Below are positions 47,983 to 59,736 of a stretch of 64,000 nt of DNA, piece after piece. The DNA is taken from positions 1,931-65,930 of the forward strand of contig CAWEXP010000009.1 in assembly GCA_963813065.1 (NCBI GenBank). Reading direction: 5' to 3'. The translations under genes were made by a program, and so were the position numbers. How positions within the stretch are numbered: the first letter of the stretch is position 1; each line of letters opens with the position of its first letter. Origin of the DNA: Candidatus Kaiserbacteria bacterium. GTDB lineage: Bacteria > Patescibacteriota > Minisyncoccia > Phycocordibacterales > Phycocordibacteraceae. Below the pieces are notes generated by a model that did not search any database, was not told the origin of the DNA, and saw only the letters and a program-made list of their open reading frames with translations.

Positions 47983-49956
47983 CTACATCCCGATCAAGAC
48001 GGGGATTACCATCGGCGCTTTGTTGGTGCGCTGGAAGAGGAATCCGGCGACGACATCGGTGAGATTATTTTTCACGTAGTCGAGGTCGATCGGATTCATG
48101 TTGTGCGTCGAATCCTCGATCGTTTTCTTGATCAGCACGCGCGCCTCGTTGAGGAGCATCTGTGATTCACGCAGATAGATGAATCCGCGGCTGATAATGT
48201 CCGGCGACTTGCGGAGCTTGCCGGTCTTAAGGTTGACCGAGGCGATGATGACGAACATGCCATCCTTGGCGAGCGCTTGGCGGTCGCGGATGACCACCTC
48301 CTGCAGGCCGCCGATGGTGAAGCCGTCGACGACGAGCGGAGAATTCGGCACGCGCTGTTTGTGGACGTGCAGTTTCTCGCCCGCTTCGATGTCGACCACG
48401 GTGCCGTTGTCGCCCATGATGATCGTGTCCTTCGGGCGGCCCGATTGCTCGACTGCCTTCGCGTGGCAGGCGGTCATGGAGCGGAAGCCGTAGCTCGGCA
48501 TGAAGTATTTCGCGTTCACCTGCTTGTTGAACCAGACGAGTTCGCCCGTGTTGGCGTGTCCGGTCGAGTGGACGTCGCTCGAGCGGTAGTGGATGAGCGT
48601 GACATTCTGGCGGTAGAGATTGTCCTTCAATTTCTGGACGTTCAGCTCGTTGCCCGGAATCACCGACGAGGAGAGCACCACCGTATCACGCTCGCCGAGC
48701 GTGATGAACTTGTGCTGTTTCGTTGCGATGCGCATCAGCGCGGCGAATTCCTCACCCTGTGCGCCGGTGGAGATGATGACAATCTTGTCCGGTGAATAAT
48801 CACTCATCGCCTGCGCGGGGATGATGGTGCCTTTCTCGATTTTCAAGAGGCCCGTCTTCTCGGCAATTTCGATGTTGGTGCGGATCGAGCGGCCCTCGGT
48901 GACGACTTTCTTGCCGTACTTCTCGGCGCTCTGGATGATGTGCACCATGCGCTCGAACTGCGAGGCGAAGGTGCCGATAATCAGGCGGCCTTTCACCGTC
49001 TTGATAATCTCTTCGAGCGTTTCATGGACACGGCGCTCGGGAATCGAGAAGCCGTCTTTGTCTGCGTTGGTCGAGTCGGCAACGAAGAACAGATTTTTGT
49101 CCTTGCCGAGCTCGCCCCAGACCTTTTGCTCCTTCTCGCTCGCGATGCCGTTGTCGTGATCGAGCTTGAGGTCGCCGGTGATGACGACATTGCCCTGTGG
49201 TGTCTCGACCGAGATACCCATCGAGTCGGGAATCGAGTGCGTGACCGGGAAGAACTTCACTTTCGTGTGACCGATGGTCACCGACTGGCCGACTTCGACG
49301 ACTTTAATATCGAGCGGAGGCAGGTCGGGATATTCCTCCTGGCGGCGCTGGATCATCAGGCTCGTCAGATTCTGTGTGTAGATCGGCGGATTGCCGAAAC
49401 GCGGGAGCAGGAAGGGGATACCGCCGATGTGGTCGAGGTGGCCGTGCGTGATAATCACCGCGCGGACGCGCTCTTTATTTTTCTCGAGATAGGCGGTGTT
49501 GGGGAGAATGTAGTCAACGCCTGCGGTCGAGCCGTCTTCAGAGACGAACTGGAAGCCGGCGTCGAAGACGAGAATATCGCCATTCGCCTCGACGGCGAGC
49601 ATGTTGCGGCCGACCTCTTCGATGCCGCCGAGCGGAATGATGCGGACGGTCTCCGGTGCGGGGAGCTCGGGATAGTAGTCGGCGGACGGTACGTCGCGGC
49701 GCGGATTGGCACCCGGGCGGCGCAAGATGCGCTGGATGCGACGCGTGGCGCCACCGGGGCGACCGGCACCGCGGTCACTCCGCGGGCCGCGCGGTGCTCC
49801 ACTGCCGTGGTGTGGCGGTCGCGTGCCGCGATGCGGCGGACGTGCGCCAAAGCCCTGCCTATCGGCAGACAGGGGACGCCGATCCTCGCGCGGAGGATAC
49901 GGTCGTGAACTGGGGGCGGGGCTTGGGGCCGGCGCCGGTGCTGATGCGTGATTCAT
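47983..49956 (-). CDS. rnj: ribonuclease J with P/R/G-rich N-terminal extension
   Basis: IPLGGIEEVGRNM, THGHLDHIGG, HSIPD, TGAQGE, VHSTGH, PDIISRGF. Confidence 0.96.
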   Translation of the reverse strand: MNHASAPAPAPSPAPSSRPYPPREDRRPLSADRQGFGARPPHRGTRPPHHGSGAPRGPRSDRGAGRPGGATRRIQRILRRPGANPRRDVPSADYYPELPAPETVRIIPLGGIEEVGRNMLAVEANGDILVFDAGFQFVSEDGSTAGVDYILPNTAYLEKNKERVRAVIITHGHLDHIGGIPFLLPRFGNPPIYTQNLTSLMIQRRQEEYPDLPPLDIKVVEVGQSVTIGHTKVKFFPVTHSIPDSMGISVETPQGNVVITGDLKLDHDNGIASEKEQKVWGELGKDKNLFFVADSTNADKDGFSIPERRVHETLEEIIKTVKGRLIIGTFASQFERMVHIIQSAEKYGKKVVTEGRSIRTNIEIAEKTGLLKIEKGTIIPAQAMSDYSPDKIVIISTGAQGEEFAALMRIATKQHKFITLGERDTVVLSSSVIPGNELNVQKLKDNLYRQNVTLIHYRSSDVHSTGHANTGELVWFNKQVNAKYFMPSYGFRSMTACHAKAVEQSGRPKDTIIMGDNGTVVDIEAGEKLHVHKQRVPNSPLVVDGFTIGGLQEVVIRDRQALAKDGMFVIIASVNLKTGKLRKSPDIISRGFIYLRESQMLLNEARVLIKKTIEDSTHNMNPIDLDYVKNNLTDVVAGFLFQRTNKAPMVIPVLIGM

Positions 49957-50020
49957 ATATCGATTGGTTAGTTTCGGGCTTATAAATTGATAAAATAATT
50001 TGAAACCCGTACGTAAATAG

Positions 50021-51751
50021 TTATCGGTTCTTACTTTCAAAAATAGGCCAGACGCGATCGGTGACCAAGTACCAATCTGCAACGGTCGCGAAACGGTCGG
50101 CAGGCGTCGTGATCTGCGGAAGCTCGACCCCGCCGAGATTCTTCGGCACTGCGTAGACGAAGTCCGGTGCGTGCGTGAAGGCGGCGGGGTAGTCGGCCGA
50201 GACGGCGTCCTCAATCTTCTGCAGAGTCTCGACACGTTGAGTGGGATCAATTGCGCCCCGCGCCGCTTCGAGGAGGGTGTCGACATTTTTGTTGGCGTAG
50301 AGCGCGATGTTGAGGCCCGGGTCATTTCGCTCTTGCGAATCCCAGAAGGCGTAGAGGTCCTGATCGCGACCGATCACTTCGCCGAAGAGGAGTGCATCAT
50401 ACTTACGCGGTCGAATGACGTTCTGATTCAGGTCGCCGGGCTCGTAGAGCTCAATGTCGGTCGGGATGCCGAGCTGTTCCCAGTCGTGTTTAACCGCGCT
50501 CGCGACCGCCTTCAACTCGGGCACGTTCGACGTCTTAATCGTGATGTTCGTGAGCGATTGTTTCGCGGATGCATTTTTCCAGACATGTGCGTCGCCGTCG
50601 TAGCTCCAGCCCGCCGCTTCAAGGATGCCTGCGGCCGTCGCGGTCGGATTGGCGAGGGTGGGAATGGGTGTCTGCGCGACGCCACCGCCCGGAGGAATAG
50701 GCCCGATGATGGGCGTCGCGTAGCCGCCGAGCGCATTCTGGACGATGTGATCGCGGTCGATTGCGAGCGAGAGTGCCTTGCGCACCGGGAGCGAAGCAAA
50801 GACTTGGTCCTGGTTCGGATTGAAGAAGACGCCGAAGACGCGTGCGTAGGGCGCCGTGAGCACGTTTGAGGCTGGTGTGCCGTAGGCGCTCTCGATGGTG
50901 CCGTTCGTGAGCGCCTGGGCGAGGTCGTCATTGCCGGTGTAGAAGAGGAACTCCATCCCGTCGAGGTACGGACGTCCGAGCACGTAGCGATTATTCTCAG
51001 CAAGCGAGACACTCTGGATGAGGCCCGATGCATCAAGCGACACGCTCCGCACCGTGAAGGGCCCAGCGCCCACCGGACTCGTCTCGAGGGTCGAGAAAGG
51101 GAACTCCTCGTCGGAGACATTCTTCCAGAGGTGCGCCGGCAAGATGCCGAGCGTGGTCACTTCGAGGAAGGGCGCATACGCCTTGGGCAGAGTGAATTGC
51201 ACCGTCTGTGCATTGAGCGCCGTCGCCACCACACCCGACCAGTCCGCATACTCCGGGCTCTTCAACGCCGGATCTTCGGCTTTGTCGACGGTGAAGACGA
51301 CATCGTCGGCGGTCACGGGCGTTCCATCCGAGAACAGCACATCTTTTTTTAAGGTAAACGTATAGGTTTTCCCATCCGGCGAGAGTACGTAGTGGTCGGC
51401 AAGTATCGGTACGAGCGATCCGTCACTGGAGATCCCCATGAGTCCCGCGTAGGCGAGTGCGGAGAGGTCACGATCAGAATCAGAGATGGCAAGGAGCGGG
51501 TTGATGAAGCGTGGCGAACCAATCTCGCCCTCAACCAACGTACCGCCGTAGCTGGGGACGGTGACGAGGAGCGAATCCTCAAGTGCGTAGAGGCCCAAGA
51601 GGGCGGAGAAGCCGACGAGCACCGCAAGCACCCAGAAGATGACGCGGTCACCTGGCGAGAGCGCGGCGATGCGCTCCTCAAGCCGTACGAGTGCGCGAAT
51701 CGAGCGCGTCTCCTTGAGCCGCTCCAGCAAACGCGTAAATCGGTCGTTCAT
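50021..51751 (-). CDS. ABC peptide/nickel-type substrate-binding protein (family 5)
   Basis: SPDGKTYTFTLK..FSDGTPVTADDVVFT, PVGAGPF, VRKALSLAIDR. Confidence 0.9.
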   Translation of the reverse strand: MNDRFTRLLERLKETRSIRALVRLEERIAALSPGDRVIFWVLAVLVGFSALLGLYALEDSLLVTVPSYGGTLVEGEIGSPRFINPLLAISDSDRDLSALAYAGLMGISSDGSLVPILADHYVLSPDGKTYTFTLKKDVLFSDGTPVTADDVVFTVDKAEDPALKSPEYADWSGVVATALNAQTVQFTLPKAYAPFLEVTTLGILPAHLWKNVSDEEFPFSTLETSPVGAGPFTVRSVSLDASGLIQSVSLAENNRYVLGRPYLDGMEFLFYTGNDDLAQALTNGTIESAYGTPASNVLTAPYARVFGVFFNPNQDQVFASLPVRKALSLAIDRDHIVQNALGGYATPIIGPIPPGGGVAQTPIPTLANPTATAAGILEAAGWSYDGDAHVWKNASAKQSLTNITIKTSNVPELKAVASAVKHDWEQLGIPTDIELYEPGDLNQNVIRPRKYDALLFGEVIGRDQDLYAFWDSQERNDPGLNIALYANKNVDTLLEAARGAIDPTQRVETLQKIEDAVSADYPAAFTHAPDFVYAVPKNLGGVELPQITTPADRFATVADWYLVTDRVWPIFESKNR

Positions 51752-51987
51752 TATCCTTGCAGAAGGAAGTTCGCGACTGCGGCAAGCACGAGGAGAACGG
51801 CAATTGCGATCGTCGCGTTGAAAAGAAATTTCTCGGCGCCTCTGCGCTTGTAAAAGGTCGACGCGAAATTATCGCCTCCGAATGCTCCCCCCAGTGTCGC
51901 GCCGCGCTGTTGGAGCGCGATGCCGGCAATGAGCAGGAGAGAGAGGATGATGATCGCGTACGGCAGTGCCGGTACGAGTGCCTCCAT
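51751..51987 (-). CDS. secG: preprotein translocase SecG
   Basis: LQQRGATLGGAFGG..RRGAEKFL; two TM. Confidence 0.92.
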   Translation of the reverse strand: MEALVPALPYAIIILSLLLIAGIALQQRGATLGGAFGGDNFASTFYKRRGAEKFLFNATIAIAVLLVLAAVANFLLQG

Positions 51988-52076
51988 CTGTAATGGCAAG
52001 ACTACCACGGTCGAATAATCTCTGCAAACCGAGGCGGGGATAAAATAAAAACCGGCGCGGAGACCGCGCCGGCTGA

Positions 52077-52334
52077 CTAATTTGGAGCAACTGCTCGATA
52101 TGCACCGATGAGGCACCCGACGACCATGCCGAAGATTGCGAGTAGGACGTACTCACGGCCGACGCTGTGCACGACGGCCAGCAGGACGGCGAAGATGATG
52201 ATCATGCTGAGCGCCAACCCACGGAGGATTTTCGCGATATCTGCCGCGACAATCCACTGACCGAGATAGAACGTTGCAAAGCCAGCGATAAGCGCGGCGA
52301 TGACCAATACCGAAACTACGTATCCAATGACCAT
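52077..52334 (-). CDS. small 3-TM orphan protein, SD-like leader
   Basis: TTGACA-17-TAAGTT (52391-52363), AAAGGG upstream, hairpin 52049-52075. Confidence 0.65.
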   Translation of the reverse strand: MVIGYVVSVLVIAALIAGFATFYLGQWIVAADIAKILRGLALSMIIIFAVLLAVVHSVGREYVLLAIFGMVVGCLIGAYRAVAPN

Positions 52335-52402
52335 GACTTTCCCTTTCCAGAACGCCGAATTAAACTTACCATAAGTATTTCAGACTGTCAAACCTCGTGA
52401 GC

Positions 52403-52431
52403 TTGCCTCGGTTCAATAATTTCCTTATACT
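52403..52431 (+). promoter_or_regulatory. sigma70-like promoter for groESL
   Basis: TTGCCT-17-TATACT; no CIRCE seen. Confidence 0.55.
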
Positions 52432-52469
52432 CAATCCACCCGTTCGATTATTCATTTATATAAAGCAAT

Positions 52470-52772
52470 ATGGCAAAGAAGATTCCTATTACGCCCTTGG
52501 GCGACCGGATTGTGGTCCAGCCTGCGGAAAAAGAAGGCGAGAAGAAGCTCGCTTCGGGTATCATCATTCCCGACACGGCGAATAAGGAGAAGCCTGCGAA
52601 AGGTACGGTAGTCGCCGTTGGCGCGGGGAAATATGAAGACGGCAAGCGTGTGCCCATGACCGTGAAAGTGGGTGACCAGGTGTTGTTCTCCAAATATGGA
52701 TTCGACGAGGTGAAGGTCGGTGGCGAGGAATATTACATTCTCTCGGAGTCGAGCGTATTGGCGGTTATTTAA
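52470..52772 (+). CDS. groES: co-chaperonin GroES
   Basis: [24 protein letters not shown]. Confidence 0.98.
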   Translation: MAKKIPITPLGDRIVVQPAEKEGEKKLASGIIIPDTANKEKPAKGTVVAVGAGKYEDGKRVPMTVKVGDQVLFSKYGFDEVKVGGEEYYILSESSVLAVI

Positions 52773-52777
52773 TCTAG

Positions 52778-54418
<1,641 letters not shown>

Positions 54419-54511
54419 TTGTTTTACAGAAAAAAGACGCTCTTGTGCAAGGGGCGTCTTTTTCTTTCTGTGCGTGCTAGATTTCTCCTTGGAACGCCCC
54501 GGGAGGTTCCC

Positions 54512-54619
54512 ATGCGCCTCGTTCGAAACTACATTCTGTATTCAGCTTGGATTGTGCTTGGTCTCGTCTTTCTCCTCGTCGCCTTTCTGCCGGCCATGTA
54601 TATCCTATTCATGCTGTAG
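54512..54619 (+). CDS. 35-aa single-TM peptide, SD-led
   Basis: GGGAGG then MRLVRNYILYSAWIVLGLVFLLVAFLPAMYILFML; hairpins on both sides. Confidence 0.5.
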   Translation: MRLVRNYILYSAWIVLGLVFLLVAFLPAMYILFML

Positions 54620-54649
54620 TCCTAACCGCCGCGAGTACGCGGCGGTTTT

Positions 54650-55402
54650 TTATTCCACCGTTTCGTTGAAGGAGACTACCTCCCAGCCACGTTTTTTATT
54701 CCAGAAATGCCACGGATGATATTCGACAATCGAGATGCCGCCATTGTCGGAGGTATTGAAAAACGAGAGCTTCACATAGTCTGCAGAGTGGAGCGCGCGA
54801 CGGTACTGCATATACGCGAGCAACATTTTAAGAAACGCATGATGCGTCACGACGCACGTGTGGCGCGTGCCGTTGTGCGCAAGATAGCGGAGGCATTTCT
54901 GTGCGCGGCGCGCGAGGTCAAGGAAATTTTCTTCGTCGCGGTGGCGGTAGTCGTCGGCATGATACGCGAGATCCATCTCGTCGATGATGTGCATCACCTC
55001 AGGATCATGCGTTGATTTCCCCAGCACATCGCTCGGATTCCGGCGTTCGGCGAGGAGTGGGGAATAACGAATCGACGCATGTACATGCGTGCGGATAATC
55101 TCGGCGGTTTCTCGTGCGCGCTCGTAGGGGCTCGCGAGGATGCGCTCAATACCGAAGGGCGCGAGTGCGGTACCGACGCGCTCCGCCTGCTCTTTTCCTT
55201 TTTCGCTCAGGCCGCCCTCCGGCCCTTGTTTGCGGTGCGCCACATTCAGCAAGGTCTCGCCGTGGCGGACGAGGTAGAAACGCTTCGGGCGCATGCGGAG
55301 CACGATGAGCCATACGACCAGTATCGCGAGGATGGCGAGGCCGACCTCGCGCGTGAAGAAAGGCGCGAGTGCATAGCGGATGAGTTCAGGAGTCGTGGGC
55401 AT
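54650..55402 (-). CDS. histidine phosphatase family with N-terminal TM
   Basis: YLVRHGET, SPYERARETA, VVTH. Confidence 0.88.
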   Translation of the reverse strand: MPTTPELIRYALAPFFTREVGLAILAILVVWLIVLRMRPKRFYLVRHGETLLNVAHRKQGPEGGLSEKGKEQAERVGTALAPFGIERILASPYERARETAEIIRTHVHASIRYSPLLAERRNPSDVLGKSTHDPEVMHIIDEMDLAYHADDYRHRDEENFLDLARRAQKCLRYLAHNGTRHTCVVTHHAFLKMLLAYMQYRRALHSADYVKLSFFNTSDNGGISIVEYHPWHFWNKKRGWEVVSFNETVE

Positions 55403-55427
55403 GGAGCGGATATAGTATACTCGCCCT

Positions 55428-56936
55428 ATGATGTCGCTGAAACATTTTGCGCGTGCGTATTGGAAATATATTCTGCTTGCGGTGGTGGTTGTGGGTGTTG
55501 GCGGGTATTTCTTTTTTGGTTCTAGCCAATCACTCGGGGCGACGATGACCATTGCACCCGCAGACTTCCCGACGCAGGTCGCCGTCTCGGGGACCGTTAA
55601 GGCCGCCGAGAATGTGGCACTCGGCTTCGCGGCGAGTGGACGCGTCTCGGGCGTGTATGCGGCCGTGGGTGCGCATGTTTCTGCCGGCGATCTCCTTGCG
55701 ACGGTCGAGAATGGCGATATCGCGGCCGGTGTCGCGGGTAAGCAGGCGGCCGTTGCAGAAGCGCAAGCCAATCTCGACTCGCTCCTTGCCGGGACGCGCC
55801 CCGAGCAACTCGCCGTCGCTTCGACCTCGGTCGCGAGCGCACAGTCCGCATTAGTAAATGCGCTCCAGAGTGCCTACACCGCGAGCGATGCCGCCGTGCA
55901 CAACACCGTCGATGCTTTTTTCACCAACCCACGCGTCGCTCCGAAGCTCGCGTTTACGGTTTCTAATGCAACGTTGAAAACAACCGTCGAGAACGATCGC
56001 TCTACAGTCGAGACCGTGCTCTCGAACTGGGCGCTCGCGAACGCAAATCTCTCGAATGCGAATGTCGATGCGTCTGCACCGACCGGGCAGACCGCGCTCA
56101 CCCAAGTGATCGCACTTCTCGCCGATGCCAACAGTGCATTGAATCAGGCGGTGCCCGACCAGACCACGTCGTCGGCAACCCTCGCGGGCTATGCCACGGC
56201 GCTCGCCACGGCACGTGCCAATGTGAATGGCGCCGCGAGTACGGTGACCGCCGATCAGTCGGCGCTCGCCAGCGCAGAAAAGAATTTTGCACTGCTCCAG
56301 GCCGGCGCGACCGCGAATGATATCGCCGCCGCGCGTGCCGCGGTGGCCGCCGCCGAAGCAGATGTGGCGAATACCCAAGCCGCACTCGCCAAGACCCAGG
56401 TTCGCGCGCCCTTCTCGGGCACGGTGACGCAGATGGATGCGAAGGTGGGCGAAGTTATCTCACCCTCCGATTCGCAAATCTCTCTCCAGAGCGATGGCGT
56501 CTTCGAGATCGAGACGTATGTGCCCGAAGTTTCAATCGCTGGTGTTCTCCCGGGTGATTCTGCGAGCACAACGCTCGATGCGTATGGCACCAGCGTCATC
56601 TTCCCAACGAAGGTCGTCTCGGTCGATCCTGCCGAGACGGTGAAAGATGGTGTGCCGACCTACAAGACAACACTCACCTTCCTCTCTGCTGATCCGCGTA
56701 TCCGGAGCGGCATGACAGCCAACGTGGCTATCACCACCAGCACGCTCCGTGATGCTATTGTCATCCCCGCGGCCGCCGTCGGTATGAAAAATGGTCAACC
56801 CTATGTCTCGATACTCGCGGGAGGGAAGGTGATGGCGCGAACGGTCTCGACCGGCGTTTCTCCCTCCCTCGGCGAGACCGAGATTACGAATGGCCTCTCG
56901 GCAGGCGACGTCATTCTGCTCGCGCCGACTCCCTAA
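55428..56936 (+). CDS. efflux membrane-fusion/adaptor protein (MacA-like)
   Basis: TM, SGRV..V.AGD lipoyl half, long coiled coil, RAPFSGTV, IRSGMTA. Confidence 0.88.
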   Translation: MMSLKHFARAYWKYILLAVVVVGVGGYFFFGSSQSLGATMTIAPADFPTQVAVSGTVKAAENVALGFAASGRVSGVYAAVGAHVSAGDLLATVENGDIAAGVAGKQAAVAEAQANLDSLLAGTRPEQLAVASTSVASAQSALVNALQSAYTASDAAVHNTVDAFFTNPRVAPKLAFTVSNATLKTTVENDRSTVETVLSNWALANANLSNANVDASAPTGQTALTQVIALLADANSALNQAVPDQTTSSATLAGYATALATARANVNGAASTVTADQSALASAEKNFALLQAGATANDIAAARAAVAAAEADVANTQAALAKTQVRAPFSGTVTQMDAKVGEVISPSDSQISLQSDGVFEIETYVPEVSIAGVLPGDSASTTLDAYGTSVIFPTKVVSVDPAETVKDGVPTYKTTLTFLSADPRIRSGMTANVAITTSTLRDAIVIPAAAVGMKNGQPYVSILAGGKVMARTVSTGVSPSLGETEITNGLSAGDVILLAPTP

Positions 56937-56939
56937 CGC

Positions 56940-58199
56940 ATGTTCTCGGAGCTGAATCTACGCGTCGGATTCTATCTCGCTCTACGACAGATTCGTCGCG
57001 CGAGCGTCTGGACGACCGCACTCATCGTCTTCGTGATGCTCCTCACGTTTCTTAATCTCGTGGTAGTCACCGGACTCTTGGTCGGCATCGTTGTCGGCAT
57101 CTCGGATCAGTATCGCGATCAGGAAACGGGCGACGTCGTCGTCTCGGCACTCGATACCAAGGATTACATCCAGAACAGCCCGCAAGTCATCGCGTTTATT
57201 CGCTCACTCCCGGGCGTCGAGAAATATAGTGCGCGTTATATCGCGGGCGGCACCCTCGAGGCTAATTATCTGACGCGCACGGATATGAACGAGAAACCGA
57301 ATCAGACCGGCGCGACCATCGACGGCATTGATCCGGTGGCCGAGAATCAATTCTCGAATCTCGCCAGCTTCGTGAAAGAGGGGAGCTATCTCGCGCCCGG
57401 CGACTATGATGAAGTCCTGCTCGGGAGCCAACTCATCGATCGCTACTCCTTCGGCAAAGAGCCCGGGCTGACCCCGCTTGAAAATGTCTATCCGGGCACG
57501 AAGATTCGGCTGACGATTAATGGTTCGACGCGCGAGGTGACCGTGAAGGGCATCATCAGTGTGCCGGCGAACTCACCACTTGCGGCGCGCGCTTTCATGC
57601 CCGCGGCCGAAGTGCGCTCGCTCATGGGCCGTACCGACTACGATGTGAACGAGATTGGCATCTTGCTCACGCCGGGCACCGACCCCGCAGGCTTCCGCGA
57701 TTTGCTCGTGAAGAGTGGCATTGGTGCTGACGCGCTGGTGCAGACCTTCGCCGAGGCGACACCAAACGGCGTGGTCGATATCGAGAACACCTTCGGCGAG
57801 ATCGGCAATGCCATCGGCTCGGTCGGCCTCATCGTCGCCTCAATCACGATTTTCATCGTCATCTTCATCAACGCGATTACGCGCCGCAAGTTTATCGGCA
57901 TCTTGCAGGGCATCGGTATCTCGGGCGAGGCCATCGAGATCGCCTATGTCTTCCAATCACTCTTCTATGCGGCGCTCGGCTCGGGCGTTGGGCTTTTGAT
58001 TCTGTATGGATTCCTTGTGCCCTATATTGGCGCGCACCCGATTGTCTTGCCGATCAGTAACGCCATCATTGTCGCACCGGTGGCGGACACGGCGGTGCGG
58101 GTGCTCCTGCTCGTTATCGCCACCGTCATCGCCGGGTACCTGCCTGCGCGGATGATTGTGCGCAAGAATACGCTCGACTCAATTCTCGGTCGTTCCTAA
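56940..58199 (+). CDS. ABC transporter permease (MacB/FtsX-like)
   Basis: TM1, large extracytoplasmic domain, RRKFIGILQGIG, AGYLPAR. Confidence 0.88.
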   Translation: MFSELNLRVGFYLALRQIRRASVWTTALIVFVMLLTFLNLVVVTGLLVGIVVGISDQYRDQETGDVVVSALDTKDYIQNSPQVIAFIRSLPGVEKYSARYIAGGTLEANYLTRTDMNEKPNQTGATIDGIDPVAENQFSNLASFVKEGSYLAPGDYDEVLLGSQLIDRYSFGKEPGLTPLENVYPGTKIRLTINGSTREVTVKGIISVPANSPLAARAFMPAAEVRSLMGRTDYDVNEIGILLTPGTDPAGFRDLLVKSGIGADALVQTFAEATPNGVVDIENTFGEIGNAIGSVGLIVASITIFIVIFINAITRRKFIGILQGIGISGEAIEIAYVFQSLFYAALGSGVGLLILYGFLVPYIGAHPIVLPISNAIIVAPVADTAVRVLLLVIATVIAGYLPARMIVRKNTLDSILGRS

Positions 58200-58203
58200 T
58201 CCC

Positions 58204-58878
58204 ATGATTGATGTAAAAAATTTGGTAAAGACGTTCAAGGATGGTCCGCGCGAGACGCGCGTGCTGAAGGGCATCAATTTCAAAGTCGAGGATGGCGAGT
58301 TCGTCGCCATCATGGGCCGTTCGGGCGCGGGCAAGAGCACCTTTATGTACCAAATGTCGCTTCTCGACGAGCCGACCAGCGGCGAAATTCATATCAATGG
58401 TATCGAGGCGCACACCATGACGAGTCGCGAGAAAATGCATCTCCGCCTCACCGAGTTCGGCTACGTCTTCCAGGATTATGCGCTCCTGCCCGAGTTGACC
58501 GCGCTCGAGAACGTCGTCGTGCCACTTCTCATGCAAGGACTCTCGGTGAGCCACGCCGAGGCGGAGGCGGGGAAGGCGCTCGGCCGCGTCGGACTCGAGG
58601 GTCGCCTCGACAATCTCCCGAGCCAGCTCTCGGGCGGCGAACAACAGCGCGTCTCGATTGCGCGCGCCGTTGCCCACAACCCCTCGGTCCTTTTCGCCGA
58701 CGAACCGACCGCAAACCTCGATCGCGAATCCTCGGGCACCGTCATGCAACTTTTCAAAAATCTCCACGACGCGGGGCAGACCATCATCATGGTAACGCAC
58801 GAAGAAGAGTACGCGCGCCTCGCGAGTCGGCTGGTCAAGCTCGACGACGGCAATATCGTTTCAGAAGAGAAGTTATAA
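58204..58878 (+). CDS. ABC transporter ATP-binding protein (LolD/MacB-like)
   Basis: GRSGAGKST, LSGGEQQR, FADEPTANLD, VTH. Confidence 0.95.
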   Translation: MIDVKNLVKTFKDGPRETRVLKGINFKVEDGEFVAIMGRSGAGKSTFMYQMSLLDEPTSGEIHINGIEAHTMTSREKMHLRLTEFGYVFQDYALLPELTALENVVVPLLMQGLSVSHAEAEAGKALGRVGLEGRLDNLPSQLSGGEQQRVSIARAVAHNPSVLFADEPTANLDRESSGTVMQLFKNLHDAGQTIIMVTHEEEYARLASRLVKLDDGNIVSEEKL

Positions 58879-58885
58879 TAGAGCG

Positions 58886-59059
58886 ATGAGTAGCAAAGCG
58901 TGGGTCTGGGGCGGAGCGGCAATCGGCTCGACCGTCGGGAGTATCCTGCCGTACTTCTGGAACGGCGACTGGTTCTCCTATTCACTCTGGGGCACCATCG
59001 GCGCCATAGTCGGGATTTGGTGTGGCTTCAAACTCGCGAAGGCGACCGGAGCATTCTGA
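58886..59059 (+). CDS. 57-aa Gly-rich membrane peptide
   Basis: MSSKAWVWGGAAIGSTVGSILP..GTIGAIVGIWCGFK; TATAAT 6 nt upstream. Confidence 0.65.
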   Translation: MSSKAWVWGGAAIGSTVGSILPYFWNGDWFSYSLWGTIGAIVGIWCGFKLAKATGAF

Positions 59060-59117
59060 CTGAATACAAAACACCCGCGGCGGTACTCCGCCGCGGGTGT
59101 TTTTTGATTGAATCTAA

Positions 59118-59507
59118 TTACCCGATGAATCCGCTGTAGGCGAGGTAGGCACCGACCACGAACACGATGATGCCGATCAGCGACCAGAGCTTCTCGATCA
59201 TCTCGGCTCGGTAGAGGCCGCGCAGTCCGGCCGGAGGGACGAGGAGGAAGGCCGCACCTTTCACCACCATCGCCCAACCGATGAGGGTGACCACGAAGGC
59301 GAGCACACCGGCGTTCCAAATATTGTGGGTCAGCACGACGACGAGACCGAGGAAGAGCGTCACGAACCCGGTCATCATCAGGGTGCCACGATGTTCGAGC
59401 AGGTCGTGCGTGGCCTGCTTCATCATGTTTCGGTTAATCAGCATCGCGAGGCCGAGGGCACCATAGAGAAAGCCGAAGATTTCTGCGTAGAAATAAGTAA
59501 GTGGCAT
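59118..59507 (-). CDS. 4-TM membrane protein
   Basis: GLVVVLTHNIW..VTLIGWAMVVKG. Confidence 0.75.
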   Translation of the reverse strand: MPLTYFYAEIFGFLYGALGLAMLINRNMMKQATHDLLEHRGTLMMTGFVTLFLGLVVVLTHNIWNAGVLAFVVTLIGWAMVVKGAAFLLVPPAGLRGLYRAEMIEKLWSLIGIIVFVVGAYLAYSGFIG

Positions 59508-59578
59508 AGGGGGGAATAGGTGTATAAGCGAACCCAGATAGTATAGAACAAAAAACTTTGATACAGTGCCTTGGCACT

Positions 59579-59667
59579 GGAGGGGTCGCATAGAGGCCTA
59601 GTGCGGCGGGTTGCTAACTCGCTATACGGGTTAAACCGTATCGAGGGTTCGAATCCCTCCCCCTCCG
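59579..59667 (+). tRNA. tRNA-Ser(GCT)
   Basis: GGAGGGG/CCCCTCC acceptor, GCGGG-TT-GCT-AA-CTCGC, long variable arm, GGTTCGAATCC; CCA not encoded. Confidence 0.95.
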
Positions 59668-59736
59668 CCCGTACTTGCTTTTATCTATATACTGTGGTAT
59701 CGTCTCCTTCAGGAAAGTTTCAGAGGAGAAAAAGTC

